From: Thermoanaerobaculia bacterium
Lineage (GTDB): Bacteria; Acidobacteriota; Thermoanaerobaculia; Multivoradales; J023
Reading direction: 5' to 3'
Assembly (NCBI GenBank): GCA_030431255.1
Contig: JAUIJL010000006.1
Coordinates: 155,850-219,849, forward strand
Length of the DNA stretch: 64,000 nucleotides
Position 1 is the stretch's first letter. Each line of letters opens with the position of its first letter. The position numbers and the translations under genes are program-made. Shown here in pieces: positions 47,559 to 56,730 of the stretch. The notes beneath the pieces are model-generated. The model did no database searches. It had not been told where the DNA came from and saw nothing but the letters and a program-made list of their open reading frames with translations.

Positions 47559-48985
47559 GACGTCACCTCCGTCCCGCGCTCGCTGGGCTCGGAATAGCTC
47601 GGCTCGGAAATATCCGGCGTCCAGAGCAAGAAGTCCGGTATCCAACGGTCGAAGAGACTGCCCTGCAACCTAGGAGACGAGGATGCCGCGGGCAAAGTGG
47701 GTGAAGGCGTAGTGGCACCCGAACGGGTGGTGGATGGCCGTGCCCCGGGTCGCGCGGGGCTCGGCGTGGTTTGCGGAACCACGTTTTGCTGTTGCAGCCT
47801 CCTTTGGGCCCGCTCACGTGCTCGGGCTTCTTTCTCAGCCTGCTCTCGCGCCCTGGCGTCTTCGATGCTCGACGTGCTCGAGCCGGCTCCGGGAGCCACG
47901 GACACCGTCGATCGTGGGCGAGTGACCGAGCGAGACCCCCTCGAGCGGCTATGTCGACGTCGGGTAGCTTCCTCGACCTCGGACTCGCCTTCTTCCGGTG
48001 GAAAGCCCGTGCTCGCCTGGGGCTCTGCCCGCCTCACGTCGCGAGAGCTCCGGCCGCGATCAGCCCTCGACGAGGTCCTTGACCGCGAGTCGGTTGTGAC
48101 CGGAGATCCCGTGGGTCGCAAGGTCGAGGGTTGCCCTTCGATCTCGGGTACGGGTTCTTCGATCACGGAGACCATCTCGGGACGAGCTCCCGCGTCGGTG
48201 CGATCGGAGGCGCTGCCGGACGCGAGGGCGAGCTGCTCGGCGCCGGGGTCACCTTCCTCCGGCGGCGGAGCGTTTCGTTTCGGCGTGAGATAAACCGTTT
48301 TGATGTTGAAGCTCAGCTTGCCCGTCTTGTCCTTGCTCTCGCGAGACAAGGTGGGATCCAAGAAAGACGGGCTTTGGTAGAGCAAATCGACAAACTCAAA
48401 GAGGGCTTCGTCGTTTTTGGCGTAACCGCGCAAGGTCAGAGTCACGCGATCTCCGGAGAAGTACGACTCTTCGTCCTGCTCGTCCTCGAGCTCATCACTG
48501 TCGTCGATGTCGTCGGCGTCGCTCTCACCCCGCGCCCGAGCTCGCGCCTCGCGGGCGGTGAGGGCTCGACTGGGCCTCGCCGACTCGGAAATCGCCGGCT
48601 GCTTGGCCAAACGCAGGGAGGGCTGCACCGACCCCAAATACACGTCGATCGGTAGCACTTTCTCAAGATCGTCGAAAAGCGCGCTCCAAGGAAAGGTGCG
48701 ATTGTGGATCAACGAGTTCAGATAGCGAGCTTTGCGGTTGCGGTCACCGAGATTCAGGCTCCTCAGCTCTTTCCACAGCTCCGCCAAGCGATCTTCTTCC
48801 TGCTGGATTTGGCGGTTGAGGGATTGCAAACGACCCTTGCCTTTCTCGGACCCGCTGAAGTGACTGGCATAGAGCCAGATATTCACCAACAACAGGAGCG
48901 CACCCAAGACCCACAAACAGGCCGCGACCCGCACCACCGGCCGACGATTGATAAACGGTCGGCGTGAAAGATTGACCACCTTCAC
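47555..48985 (-). CDS. PilN-like protein (GspL periplasmic-part homolog) with long disordered Ser/Arg/Glu-rich C-terminus
   Basis: N-terminus NLSRRPFINRRPVVRVAACLWVLGALLLL resembles the PilN INLLP...RR + TM. GTG start adjacent to the PilM-like stop. Confidence 0.5.
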   Translation of the reverse strand: MKVVNLSRRPFINRRPVVRVAACLWVLGALLLLVNIWLYASHFSGSEKGKGRLQSLNRQIQQEEDRLAELWKELRSLNLGDRNRKARYLNSLIHNRTFPWSALFDDLEKVLPIDVYLGSVQPSLRLAKQPAISESARPSRALTAREARARARGESDADDIDDSDELEDEQDEESYFSGDRVTLTLRGYAKNDEALFEFVDLLYQSPSFLDPTLSRESKDKTGKLSFNIKTVYLTPKRNAPPPEEGDPGAEQLALASGSASDRTDAGARPEMVSVIEEPVPEIEGQPSTLRPTGSPVTTDSRSRTSSRADRGRSSRDVRRAEPQASTGFPPEEGESEVEEATRRRHSRSRGSRSVTRPRSTVSVAPGAGSSTSSIEDARAREQAEKEARARERAQRRLQQQNVVPQTTPSPARPGARPSTTRSGATTPSPTLPAASSSPRLQGSLFDRWIPDFLLWTPDISEPSYSEPSERGTEVTS

Positions 48986-48986
48986 G

Positions 48987-49961
48987 TCAATACACCTCTA
49001 AGCTCGCTGCGCCGAGCAATGGCGCCGTTCTCACCCAAGAAACACCGGCTCGACCCCGGGTCAGCTCAAAATGCTCGAATCTCAGGGGCTCCGGAGTGAG
49101 ATCCAGCTCCCCTTGGAGCCATCCCAACCACTGCTCTTCAAGCTCTTCCGGAGCGGCCAAGAACGCCCGATGGAGGGGCGTGTCCGGGAAGTGACGCCCA
49201 AGAAAGCTGATCGTCATCCGCAGATCTCTGAGCACGGAGTCGCCGTAGGCGCCACCGTCGGCGAACGCTTTGTAGCGATAAAGCAACGGCTCGCCGGAGC
49301 GGAAGAAGCTGAGGGAGTAGGAGTCGTCGAAGACGCTGACCAGGGCCGCCAGCTCGTCCGGTGCCACCGTATGCTCCACGCTCGACAATAGGGCCAGGGT
49401 GGTGTTGGTGATGTTGCCCAATTGAACGCCGGCTTGCTCGAAAGCGTTTTCGAGCTGGGTCATCAACAGCTCGATGGCGAAGCCCAACAGCAGACGCATG
49501 GGCTCTTCTTGGTTGGGGAACGGGGTCACCTGCATGGCCGAGATGCGCAGATCGTCGACCGAGAAGGGCACCAAGCGCTTGAGCTTCCAGGCCAAGATTT
49601 CGTGACGATCCGCCGGATTGCGGGGCAAATCGGAGATCTCGGAGAACACCAGGCGCATCCAGGTGTCGGGCAGCACGAGGGACGCCACGGGCACGGGCGC
49701 CCCGACGTCGGCCACCAAGGCTTCGAGGCTTTTTTGGAAGCCCTTGATGTCGCGCATGGGGCCTCCGAGCACCCCGTTGACGAAGGTTTCCTCGGGCAGC
49801 TCGACGCTTTTCTCGACGTCGAAAGCATAGCCTTGCGGACCCAAGTGGAACGCGCCGTAACGCAGCTCGTTTTGGGACACGGAGAAAACGTGCGGGGGAG
49901 ACGCGATCGGGTCGAAACCCAGGGCTCGCTCAATCCACGAAGGTAACTTTATTGATTTCAC
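48987..49961 (-). CDS. PilM-like / GspL-cytoplasmic-domain-like actin-fold protein
   Basis: ELPEETFVNG...LVLPDTWMRLVFSEISDLPRNPADRHEILAWKLKRLVPFSVDDL is colinear with the PilM N-terminal region. GTG start; overlaps the GspE stop by ~32 nt. Confidence 0.5.
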   Translation of the reverse strand: MKSIKLPSWIERALGFDPIASPPHVFSVSQNELRYGAFHLGPQGYAFDVEKSVELPEETFVNGVLGGPMRDIKGFQKSLEALVADVGAPVPVASLVLPDTWMRLVFSEISDLPRNPADRHEILAWKLKRLVPFSVDDLRISAMQVTPFPNQEEPMRLLLGFAIELLMTQLENAFEQAGVQLGNITNTTLALLSSVEHTVAPDELAALVSVFDDSYSLSFFRSGEPLLYRYKAFADGGAYGDSVLRDLRMTISFLGRHFPDTPLHRAFLAAPEELEEQWLGWLQGELDLTPEPLRFEHFELTRGRAGVSWVRTAPLLGAASLEVY

Positions 49962-51654
49962 GAAGCGTCGTGACTCCCTGGAAAACTTTCTCGAGGGCGG
50001 ATTCCCGCAAGAAGCTCATGCCTTCTTCCTTGGCGGCTCGTCGAATTTCGGCGGCCGGGCGGCGCGACAAAATGAGCTCACGGATCGGATCGGAAAGATG
50101 CAAAAGCTCGGTGACGGCGAGTCGTCCGTGGTAACCCGCACCGTTGCATTCGATGCACCCCTTGCCTTCGTAGAACGTGGTGTCCTCATAGGCGTCGGGA
50201 TCCAAACCGCTGTAATCCAACAGCTCACGGGAAAGATGAACCGGAGCTTTGCAGTGCTCGCAGATCCGGCGAACGAGCCGTTGGGCCAAAACGCAGTTGA
50301 GCGCGGAGACGAAATTGTACAGATCCACGTTCATATTGAGAAATCGGCCCAGGACGTCGACCACGTTGTTGGCGTGAACGGTAGTAAAGACCAAGTGTCC
50401 GGTCAACGCGGATTGAATGGCGATCTGGGCGGTTTCCTCGTCTCGAATCTCACCGATCATCACCTTGTCCGGATCGTGGCGCAGGATCGAGCGCAGACCC
50501 CTGGCAAATGTCAGGCCCTTCTTTTCGTTCACCGGAATCTGGGTGATGCCTTTGAGCTGATACTCCACCGGATCCTCAATGGTGATGATCTTGTCTTCCG
50601 GGGAGTTGATCTCGTTCAAACAAGCGTAGAGGGTGGTGGTTTTACCGGAACCCGTGGGGCCCGTCACCAACACCATGCCGTAGGGCTCGCGAATCGATTT
50701 GTTCAGCTTGCGCTGGGTTTCTTCGTCGATGCCCAGAACGTTGAGGCTCAGGTTGCGAAACTCCTTGTTCATCGACTCTTTGTCGAGCACACGGATCACG
50801 CAGTCTTCGCCGTGGACCGTCGGCAGGATGGAGACACGGAAATCAATGGTTCGGCCCCGAAGACGCAGCTTGAAGCGCCCGTCCTGGGGCACGCGCTTTT
50901 CAGAGATGTCGAGCTCGGACATCACCTTGATGCGGGAGATGATGGTCTGGTGATGTTTTTTGTCGATCGCTTCCATGGCCTGGAAGAGGGCGCCGTCGAT
51001 GCGGTACTTGATGTTGACCTCGGTGTCGCCGGTTTCAACGTGGATGTCGCTGGCGCGGCGCTCGATGGCGTTGAAGAGGGTGGAATCCACCAAGCGGATG
51101 ATGGGATTCTGCTCTTCGGCGGTGATGCTTTTGATCGAGACTTCTTCGTCGTCGTCACCGTGGACCAAGGTGATCTTGAAGTCTTCCGTGGCCTCTTCAA
51201 GGGCCCGCTGCGCGCTGTCGGACTTTTCCAACAGCTCGCGGATCGCCGACACCGCGCCGACTTTGACCTCCACCGGCTGGGCGAGCAGCATTTCCAGCTC
51301 GTCGATCTTGCGCACATCCGTGGGATCCGCCATCACCACGGTCATCCGTCCGTTGCCCTGAGATTCCGGCACGAATTGATAACGCAACATGACGTCGAAG
51401 GGCACCCGGCGGAAGAGATCGCTTTGAATGCGGAAATCGAAGACGTCGACGTATTCGAGCCCGTAGGCCTCGGCGATTTCCTGCGCCTTTTCCTCTTCCT
51501 CCCGGCGCTGCTCGGCGGACAGGCGCCCGGAGCCGCCGCTATCCACGGCTGCCGCGGTCGCGGTGTCGTTTTCGACCACCGCTTCCAGCACGTTGGTCAA
51601 CGGCTCGTCGGCGCTCGGATCGATTTCGATCGGGTTTTCGCTCTGAAATTCCAT
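49930..51654 (-). CDS. gspE: Type II secretion / type IV pilus assembly ATPase (GspE/PilB family)
   Basis: Walker A VLVTGPTGSGKTTTLYACL, Asp box, Walker B VMIGEIRDEETAQIAIQSALTGHLVFTTVHAN, tetracysteine CEHCK...CIECNGAGYHGR. Confidence 0.9.
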   Translation of the reverse strand: MEFQSENPIEIDPSADEPLTNVLEAVVENDTATAAAVDSGGSGRLSAEQRREEEEKAQEIAEAYGLEYVDVFDFRIQSDLFRRVPFDVMLRYQFVPESQGNGRMTVVMADPTDVRKIDELEMLLAQPVEVKVGAVSAIRELLEKSDSAQRALEEATEDFKITLVHGDDDEEVSIKSITAEEQNPIIRLVDSTLFNAIERRASDIHVETGDTEVNIKYRIDGALFQAMEAIDKKHHQTIISRIKVMSELDISEKRVPQDGRFKLRLRGRTIDFRVSILPTVHGEDCVIRVLDKESMNKEFRNLSLNVLGIDEETQRKLNKSIREPYGMVLVTGPTGSGKTTTLYACLNEINSPEDKIITIEDPVEYQLKGITQIPVNEKKGLTFARGLRSILRHDPDKVMIGEIRDEETAQIAIQSALTGHLVFTTVHANNVVDVLGRFLNMNVDLYNFVSALNCVLAQRLVRRICEHCKAPVHLSRELLDYSGLDPDAYEDTTFYEGKGCIECNGAGYHGRLAVTELLHLSDPIRELILSRRPAAEIRRAAKEEGMSFLRESALEKVFQGVTTLREINKVTFVD

Positions 51655-51682
51655 GCCTAGAGATTCTCCTCGGACCCCGGGC

Positions 51683-52897
51683 TTAGGCCCTGACCTGGCT
51701 TAGGGCGCCGAACATGGGCATATAAATCGACACCAAGAGAATACCGATCAGCAGACCCATGATGATCAACATCACCGGCTCGATCAACGCCAATAGACGC
51801 TCAACCCGAGTCTCCACATGCTCGTCGAAATAGTCGGCTACGGACGACAACATTTCGTCTAATGAGCCCGTGGCCTCTCCGACTTTGATCATGTCGATCG
51901 ACATGTGTGGGAAGACCTCGGTCTGCTCCAGCGCTTCGTTGAAGCTGGTGCCTTGGCGGACCCTTTCGATCGCCGGACCGATCTGCCCGCTGATGTGCTT
52001 ATTACCGATCGCGGTATTGGCGGTTTCGAAGGCCGACACGAAGGGAATACCGCCGGCGATCAAGGTCGACAAGGAACGGCAAAACTCGGACAACGAAAAG
52101 TAGAGGAAGATCGTGCCCAGCAGGGGGATGTACAGCTTCCAGCGATCGGCGGTCGCGCGTCCCGAGGGGCTCCGGCTCCAAATTCGGAAGGCGATACCTC
52201 CGATCAACAAGGCCCCGAAGGTGATCGCATAATAATCTCTCAAGAAAGAAGAGACGCTCAGGGTCACCTTGGTAATGGTCGGCAGCTCGGCCTCCAAATC
52301 GCCGTAGAACTGCGCGAACATAGGCACCACGTAGATCGCCATCACGACCAACATGGCGATCGACAATAGGATCAGCACCGACGGATAAACCATGGCCGAC
52401 ACCACCCGCTTGCGGGCATCGATCACCAAGCGCAAATAGCGGATAAACCGACGGATCACCTGCTCGAGCTCGCCGGATCGCTCGCCGGCCTTGAGGGTCG
52501 AGGCGTAGAGCGGCGGAAACATATCTCCGAAGCTGGCAAAGGCGTCCGACAGCTCCTCACCGGACTTCACCTTGTCGCGAATCTCGGTCAGGACCTCCTT
52601 CAGACCGGGATCCTCCATACGTTCCAGCATCATTTCCAGGCCCTGAAGCAGCGGCAGACCCGCGCGCAGCAGGGCCGCCAGCTCTTGGTTGAACGCCAAG
52701 AAAGCCGGCATGCTCATCTTTTTGCGACGGTTCGCGAACGGCAGCTGGAGCTGCATCAGGGGCGACCGAGGCTTTACCTCGAAGATGTGGCAGCCTTGCC
52801 TCTCCAGCTCTCGGCGCACAGCGCCGACATCGGTACCTTGTTGAACCTCGGTAAGAACCCGGCCGTCCGGGGTTCCGTAGCGACAAACGAATTGCAT
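51683..52897 (-). CDS. gspF: Type II secretion / T4P inner-membrane platform protein (GspF/PilC family)
   Basis: 404 aa with two GspF repeats (…LLRAGLPLLQGLEMM… and …LSTLIAGGIPFVSAFETA…) and 3 TM. Confidence 0.85.
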   Translation of the reverse strand: MQFVCRYGTPDGRVLTEVQQGTDVGAVRRELERQGCHIFEVKPRSPLMQLQLPFANRRKKMSMPAFLAFNQELAALLRAGLPLLQGLEMMLERMEDPGLKEVLTEIRDKVKSGEELSDAFASFGDMFPPLYASTLKAGERSGELEQVIRRFIRYLRLVIDARKRVVSAMVYPSVLILLSIAMLVVMAIYVVPMFAQFYGDLEAELPTITKVTLSVSSFLRDYYAITFGALLIGGIAFRIWSRSPSGRATADRWKLYIPLLGTIFLYFSLSEFCRSLSTLIAGGIPFVSAFETANTAIGNKHISGQIGPAIERVRQGTSFNEALEQTEVFPHMSIDMIKVGEATGSLDEMLSSVADYFDEHVETRVERLLALIEPVMLIIMGLLIGILLVSIYMPMFGALSQVRA

Positions 52898-52980
52898 GGT
52901 CTTAGGGCTCGGTCGAAGTCATCACGTGGAGGTCATTACAAAAAAGGAATCAGGTCTCGGATTTCTGCGGATTCTCAACC

Positions 52981-53781
52981 CTAGCGAGCGGGCGCCGGAT
53001 CAGCGGGAACGGGCTCCCGATGACACGAGATGGCGATCATCAGCGCCTCTTGCTTGGAATCGTCTTGGGCCAATACCAGCGTGAACGGCTTCTCCAACCA
53101 TAGGTTGAGGGTGGCATGAAAAAGCTGACGCGGGGGCAATCGCCGTCCCTTGTTGGTGGCCGGAATCTTCTTGACGATTTTGAAGCCCTCGAGCTTCAAC
53201 CGACGCCCCGCCATCACCGAGCCGAGCTTGAAGCTGACGTCGTAGCGCTCTCCGAGGGAATAGGTGACCTCATCCCCCTCCTTAGAGCTGACGCCCGCCT
53301 TGGCCAGAACCTGATAGTCCTCATAGCGGAGAAGGTTTCGGAGCCGATTCTCCAAATCTTCCGGCAGCTCGGCCACCGCCTGCTCTGCGGAGACGCTCGG
53401 CGGAGAGATGATGCTGCGGGTTTTCGGCCCCGCCTTCACCACCTGAATGTCGAGTCTCAGGTTCTCGGGCGGACGATCGAATTCGGCCAAGGTCGCTTTG
53501 ACCCTGGAGAGAGCGGCGACCGTATCCCGAAATACCAGGGTGTTGCTACCCGGTTGCTCCTCAATGGTGCCCCGATTCGTCAATTGAGGACGAATCAGCG
53601 CCATCGCATCCTTGGCGGAGCGATGCTGGAGGGTGTGAGCATAGACCTTGAGCACCTCGTTCGGAGCTTCGGCCGATGCCGGCCCTGCGCTCAAAAGCGA
53701 CAAGATGCAGAGGAGCCAAAGGCCGAGCGCTGAAGTGGCTCGGCCTCGGGATGCCGTCGACTGGGCTCGCTGGACGTTCAT
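52981..53781 (-). CDS. Secreted protein with secretin-N/STN-like domain (possible GspC/GspN-type accessory)
   Basis: Signal peptide LGLWLLCILSLLSAGPASAEA. LKVYAHTLQHRSAKDAMALIRPQL...NTLVFRDTVAALSRVKATLAEFD resembles the small secretin-N/STN fold. ATG 53781 chosen; ORF extends to 53892. Confidence 0.35.
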   Translation of the reverse strand: MNVQRAQSTASRGRATSALGLWLLCILSLLSAGPASAEAPNEVLKVYAHTLQHRSAKDAMALIRPQLTNRGTIEEQPGSNTLVFRDTVAALSRVKATLAEFDRPPENLRLDIQVVKAGPKTRSIISPPSVSAEQAVAELPEDLENRLRNLLRYEDYQVLAKAGVSSKEGDEVTYSLGERYDVSFKLGSVMAGRRLKLEGFKIVKKIPATNKGRRLPPRQLFHATLNLWLEKPFTLVLAQDDSKQEALMIAISCHREPVPADPAPAR

Positions 53782-53878
53782 GGGCTCAGGGATTCTCTTC
53801 CTTCGTTCTTGGATAGCTCGGAGATCATTCGGATTCTCTTCCGGAAAGCGGGGCGCCAAGGCCCCGCGGGCTCGACGA

Positions 53879-54496
53879 TCAGGCATCCCCACTACTGGGT
53901 GAAAGGCTGCTTGGTGAAAGGCCGTCCGGCGAAGGGTTGCCCGTCGGAAGGAGGTCCGACGAAAGGTCGCTGTCGGCGGCCATCACCACGACCAGAGACA
54001 CTCCGTCGTCTTCGATTTGCATCAGCGGGCCCATCTCCGGGGAAACGTCCTCGACCAACGGCAGCTGGGCGATCTCACTCGGTACCGGGGCAGGTCGCTG
54101 GGAGGCTTGCTCCCAAGTCGGAACGTCCGCCGAGTCCATGGTGATTCCGGTCAAACCGGCGACGGATACCGCCAGGGCCAGTAGCGCGGCGATCGACCAA
54201 TTTCGTGCCCGATCCGCGCTGCCGTCCACTTGGTCCCGCAGCCCGTCGGCCCGGCGCATAGACGCTTGGGTCCGCCTCATGGAAGCCACCGCATCTTTCA
54301 TCGCCTCGATATCCGCGGGTCCGGTTTCCACTTCCGGCAAGCCGTGGAAGAGCATCAACGGATCCGCGTCCACGGCAGCGTCCCACGCTTCGGGATCGTC
54401 GTCCATGGAGGCCAGAGCGGCCAGCCATTCGTCGGCATCCCGCTCGGGGTGACGGTCGTGCTCCGCCGTCAGGCGTTGCCAATCGATTTCGCTCAT
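53879..54496 (-). CDS. Putative anti-sigma factor (single-pass membrane protein)
   Basis: Start overlaps the ECF sigma stop (ATGA). Acidic cytoplasmic N-domain, one TM (WSIAALLALAVSVAGL), then a Pro/Ser-rich periplasmic tail. The position after the ECF sigma gene is the main evidence. Confidence 0.45.
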   Translation of the reverse strand: MSEIDWQRLTAEHDRHPERDADEWLAALASMDDDPEAWDAAVDADPLMLFHGLPEVETGPADIEAMKDAVASMRRTQASMRRADGLRDQVDGSADRARNWSIAALLALAVSVAGLTGITMDSADVPTWEQASQRPAPVPSEIAQLPLVEDVSPEMGPLMQIEDDGVSLVVVMAADSDLSSDLLPTGNPSPDGLSPSSLSPSSGDA

Positions 54497-55275
54497 CGAG
54501 AGCCCTCCGCCCGGCGTCCGCGGGCATATTCCGGATATTTTTCGACCAGCTTTTGGCGCAGCTGCTTGCGCGCGTTGAAAAGATGATTGCGCACGGTGGA
54601 TTCTCGGCAGCCGACGATCTCCGACACCTCTTTCGAGGGCAGGCCCTCGACTTCGCGCAGCAAAAAGACCATGCGCTGTTTTTCGGTCAGGTCGGCGGAA
54701 AGCTCTTGGAAGATGTCCATGATCTCGCGCTCGTGCAGATTGGCGCGATCCCGGCGAGCGCGATCCTCAAAGCCGGTTTGGATGTGCAGGCGGACCGGAT
54801 CGGTGTTGCGTTGCTTGCTCTGGCGCGACCTCAGCTGGTCGATGGCCAGGTTGGTGGCGATCCGATAGATCCACGTGTTCGGGCTCCACCGATCGTCGAA
54901 TCGATCCCGGTGCTCCCACAGACGAAAAAAGGTGATCTGCACGATGTCGCGCGCCTCTTCGGCGTCGTGGAGGATTCGGTTCACCGTGTTGACGAGGGGT
55001 CCGGTCTTGCGCTCGATCAGCTCGTCAAGGGCCAGCTCGTCGTCGTTCTTCAGGGCCCAGAGCAGCTCCTTGTCGGTGGCCTCCCGCAGCTCGACCCGGT
55101 GTCGGTTGACGGAGAAGGCCAGCTTGGGGCCGGTCGGCGTCGAGCCTGTTGTCTGTGCTGCGGTTAAGGTGGACATGGTTTGCTCTCTGGGTGCGTCGAC
55201 CTCCGCCCTGGGCGGATCGTCGTGGGTCTCGGGCGGGTCTTTGGTCGAGACCCCGTCGTCTGTTGTGGATGCCAT
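54493..55275 (-). CDS. RNA polymerase sigma-70 factor, ECF subfamily
   Basis: Region 2 (ITFFRLWEHRDRFDDRWSPNTWIYRIATNLAIDQLR) and region 4 (LPSKEVSEIVGCRESTVRNHLFNARKQLR). Start either 55275 or ATG 55176. Confidence 0.8.
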   Translation of the reverse strand: MASTTDDGVSTKDPPETHDDPPRAEVDAPREQTMSTLTAAQTTGSTPTGPKLAFSVNRHRVELREATDKELLWALKNDDELALDELIERKTGPLVNTVNRILHDAEEARDIVQITFFRLWEHRDRFDDRWSPNTWIYRIATNLAIDQLRSRQSKQRNTDPVRLHIQTGFEDRARRDRANLHEREIMDIFQELSADLTEKQRMVFLLREVEGLPSKEVSEIVGCRESTVRNHLFNARKQLRQKLVEKYPEYARGRRAEGSR

Positions 55276-55392
55276 GGATCTTGGCCTGCTTTCGTGGGAT
55301 GTATACGGTCACACCGAGAGGAGCGTCTAAAGACAATCGATTTTTTCCGGAATCGATCGACGACGACCGGCAGGCATTATACTCCCGGCTTC

Positions 55393-56730
55393 ATGGGATT
55401 CCTTCGCGCATTCGCTTGGTGGCTCTACCAGGGCTTGCAGATCTTGTTTCTGGGCCTCAGCGGCCCCTTCTACGCCTTGCGCCGTGGCGGCAAGGGTTTG
55501 GGGCACTACCTGCCGACCCTACGCGGTCGAGCGACCCTGGACGCCCCACCCGCCGGACCGGAGCCCGCGGAGCCACCGGTTTGGATCCACGCGGTATCCG
55601 TCGGAGAGGTGGGGGTGGCAGCCACCTTCGCCTCCCGCCTACCGAGCTCCCTGCCGCTGGTGATCACCACCGTGACGCCGACCGGACAAGCCCAGGCTAG
55701 CCGTCTTTTCCAAGGCAAAGCTTTCCAGGGACGACACGTCCGCGTGGCTTACCTGCCCTTCGACCTCGGCCCGATCGTGCGCCGATTCCTGCGCCGATTC
55801 CGACCCCGAGCCTTGGTGCTGACCGAAGGTGACTATTGGCCGTTGACCCTCTCGATCTTGCGGCGAAGGGGTCTTCCCATCGCCGTGGTCAACGGTCGCA
55901 TCAGCGATCGAGCTTTTCGACGCCAACAGCGCATCGGGCGAATCAACGACCTCTTTTATGCACCGGTCCAACGTTTCGGCCTGCAAACCGAGCAGGACCG
56001 AAGCCGATTGGTGGATCTGGGGGCCGATCCCGCGCGGGTCCATGTGACCGGCAATCTGAAATTCGACAGCCGCCCGCCCGCCGAGGTGCTCGACGTCGAG
56101 AAGCTGATCGAGGAGCTGGCGGCCGGTCGCCCGATCCTGGTCGCCGGCTCGACCATGGACGGCGAGGACGAGCTGGTGCTCGACGCATTCAGCGGGTTGG
56201 GGGCAGGAGAACGCGCCCTCCTGGTGATCGCCCCGCGTCACCCAGAACGCTGGGATCGGGTCGCGGGCTTGATGCTCGACCGCGGATATACCGTGGCTCG
56301 GCGCAGCGCCTTCGGTCCGGAATCCACAGGTCTGCGGTCAGAGCAGCGGGTCGATCTCGTGCTTCTGGACAGCCTCGGGGAGCTGGCGTCGATCTATCGC
56401 GTCGCGGCCGCGGCCTTCATCGGCGGAACCCTGGTGCCCACGGGCGGACACAATCCCCTGGAGCCGGCGGTCTTCGGCACGCCGACCGTGGTCGGGCCCT
56501 CGATGTTCAATTTTCAGGAAATGGCCGACTCCTTTGACCAATTCAATGCTTGGGGTCGAGCCGCCGATAGCGACGAGCTGGGGCGCATCTGGGATTCTTG
56601 GCTGGAGCAGCCTGAGCTCGGCCAAGCCGTGGGCGGGCGGGCCCTGGAGCTCTTGGAAGCCAATCGAGGTGCATTGGATCGCACCCTGGAGCTGCTTCAA
56701 CCCTTGTTGGACCGGAGCCCGGAGCCGTGA
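55393..56730 (+). CDS. waaA: 3-deoxy-D-manno-octulosonic acid (Kdo) transferase
   Basis: IHAVSVGEVGVAATFASRLP...LVITTVTPTG, and a C-terminal GT-B half with ...GGHNPLEPAVFGTPTVVGP. ATG 55393 chosen (ORF track 55180). Confidence 0.85.
   Translation: MGFLRAFAWWLYQGLQILFLGLSGPFYALRRGGKGLGHYLPTLRGRATLDAPPAGPEPAEPPVWIHAVSVGEVGVAATFASRLPSSLPLVITTVTPTGQAQASRLFQGKAFQGRHVRVAYLPFDLGPIVRRFLRRFRPRALVLTEGDYWPLTLSILRRRGLPIAVVNGRISDRAFRRQQRIGRINDLFYAPVQRFGLQTEQDRSRLVDLGADPARVHVTGNLKFDSRPPAEVLDVEKLIEELAAGRPILVAGSTMDGEDELVLDAFSGLGAGERALLVIAPRHPERWDRVAGLMLDRGYTVARRSAFGPESTGLRSEQRVDLVLLDSLGELASIYRVAAAAFIGGTLVPTGGHNPLEPAVFGTPTVVGPSMFNFQEMADSFDQFNAWGRAADSDELGRIWDSWLEQPELGQAVGGRALELLEANRGALDRTLELLQPLLDRSPEP

Noticed and set aside
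55276-55392. ECF-type promoter (GGAAC-N16-TCTRA) upstream of the ECF sigma gene
   Set aside because: Only a loose GGAAAA...TCTTTAGA arrangement with non-canonical spacing is visible, plus an AATCGAT direct repeat. Too weak to annotate without a computed motif score.
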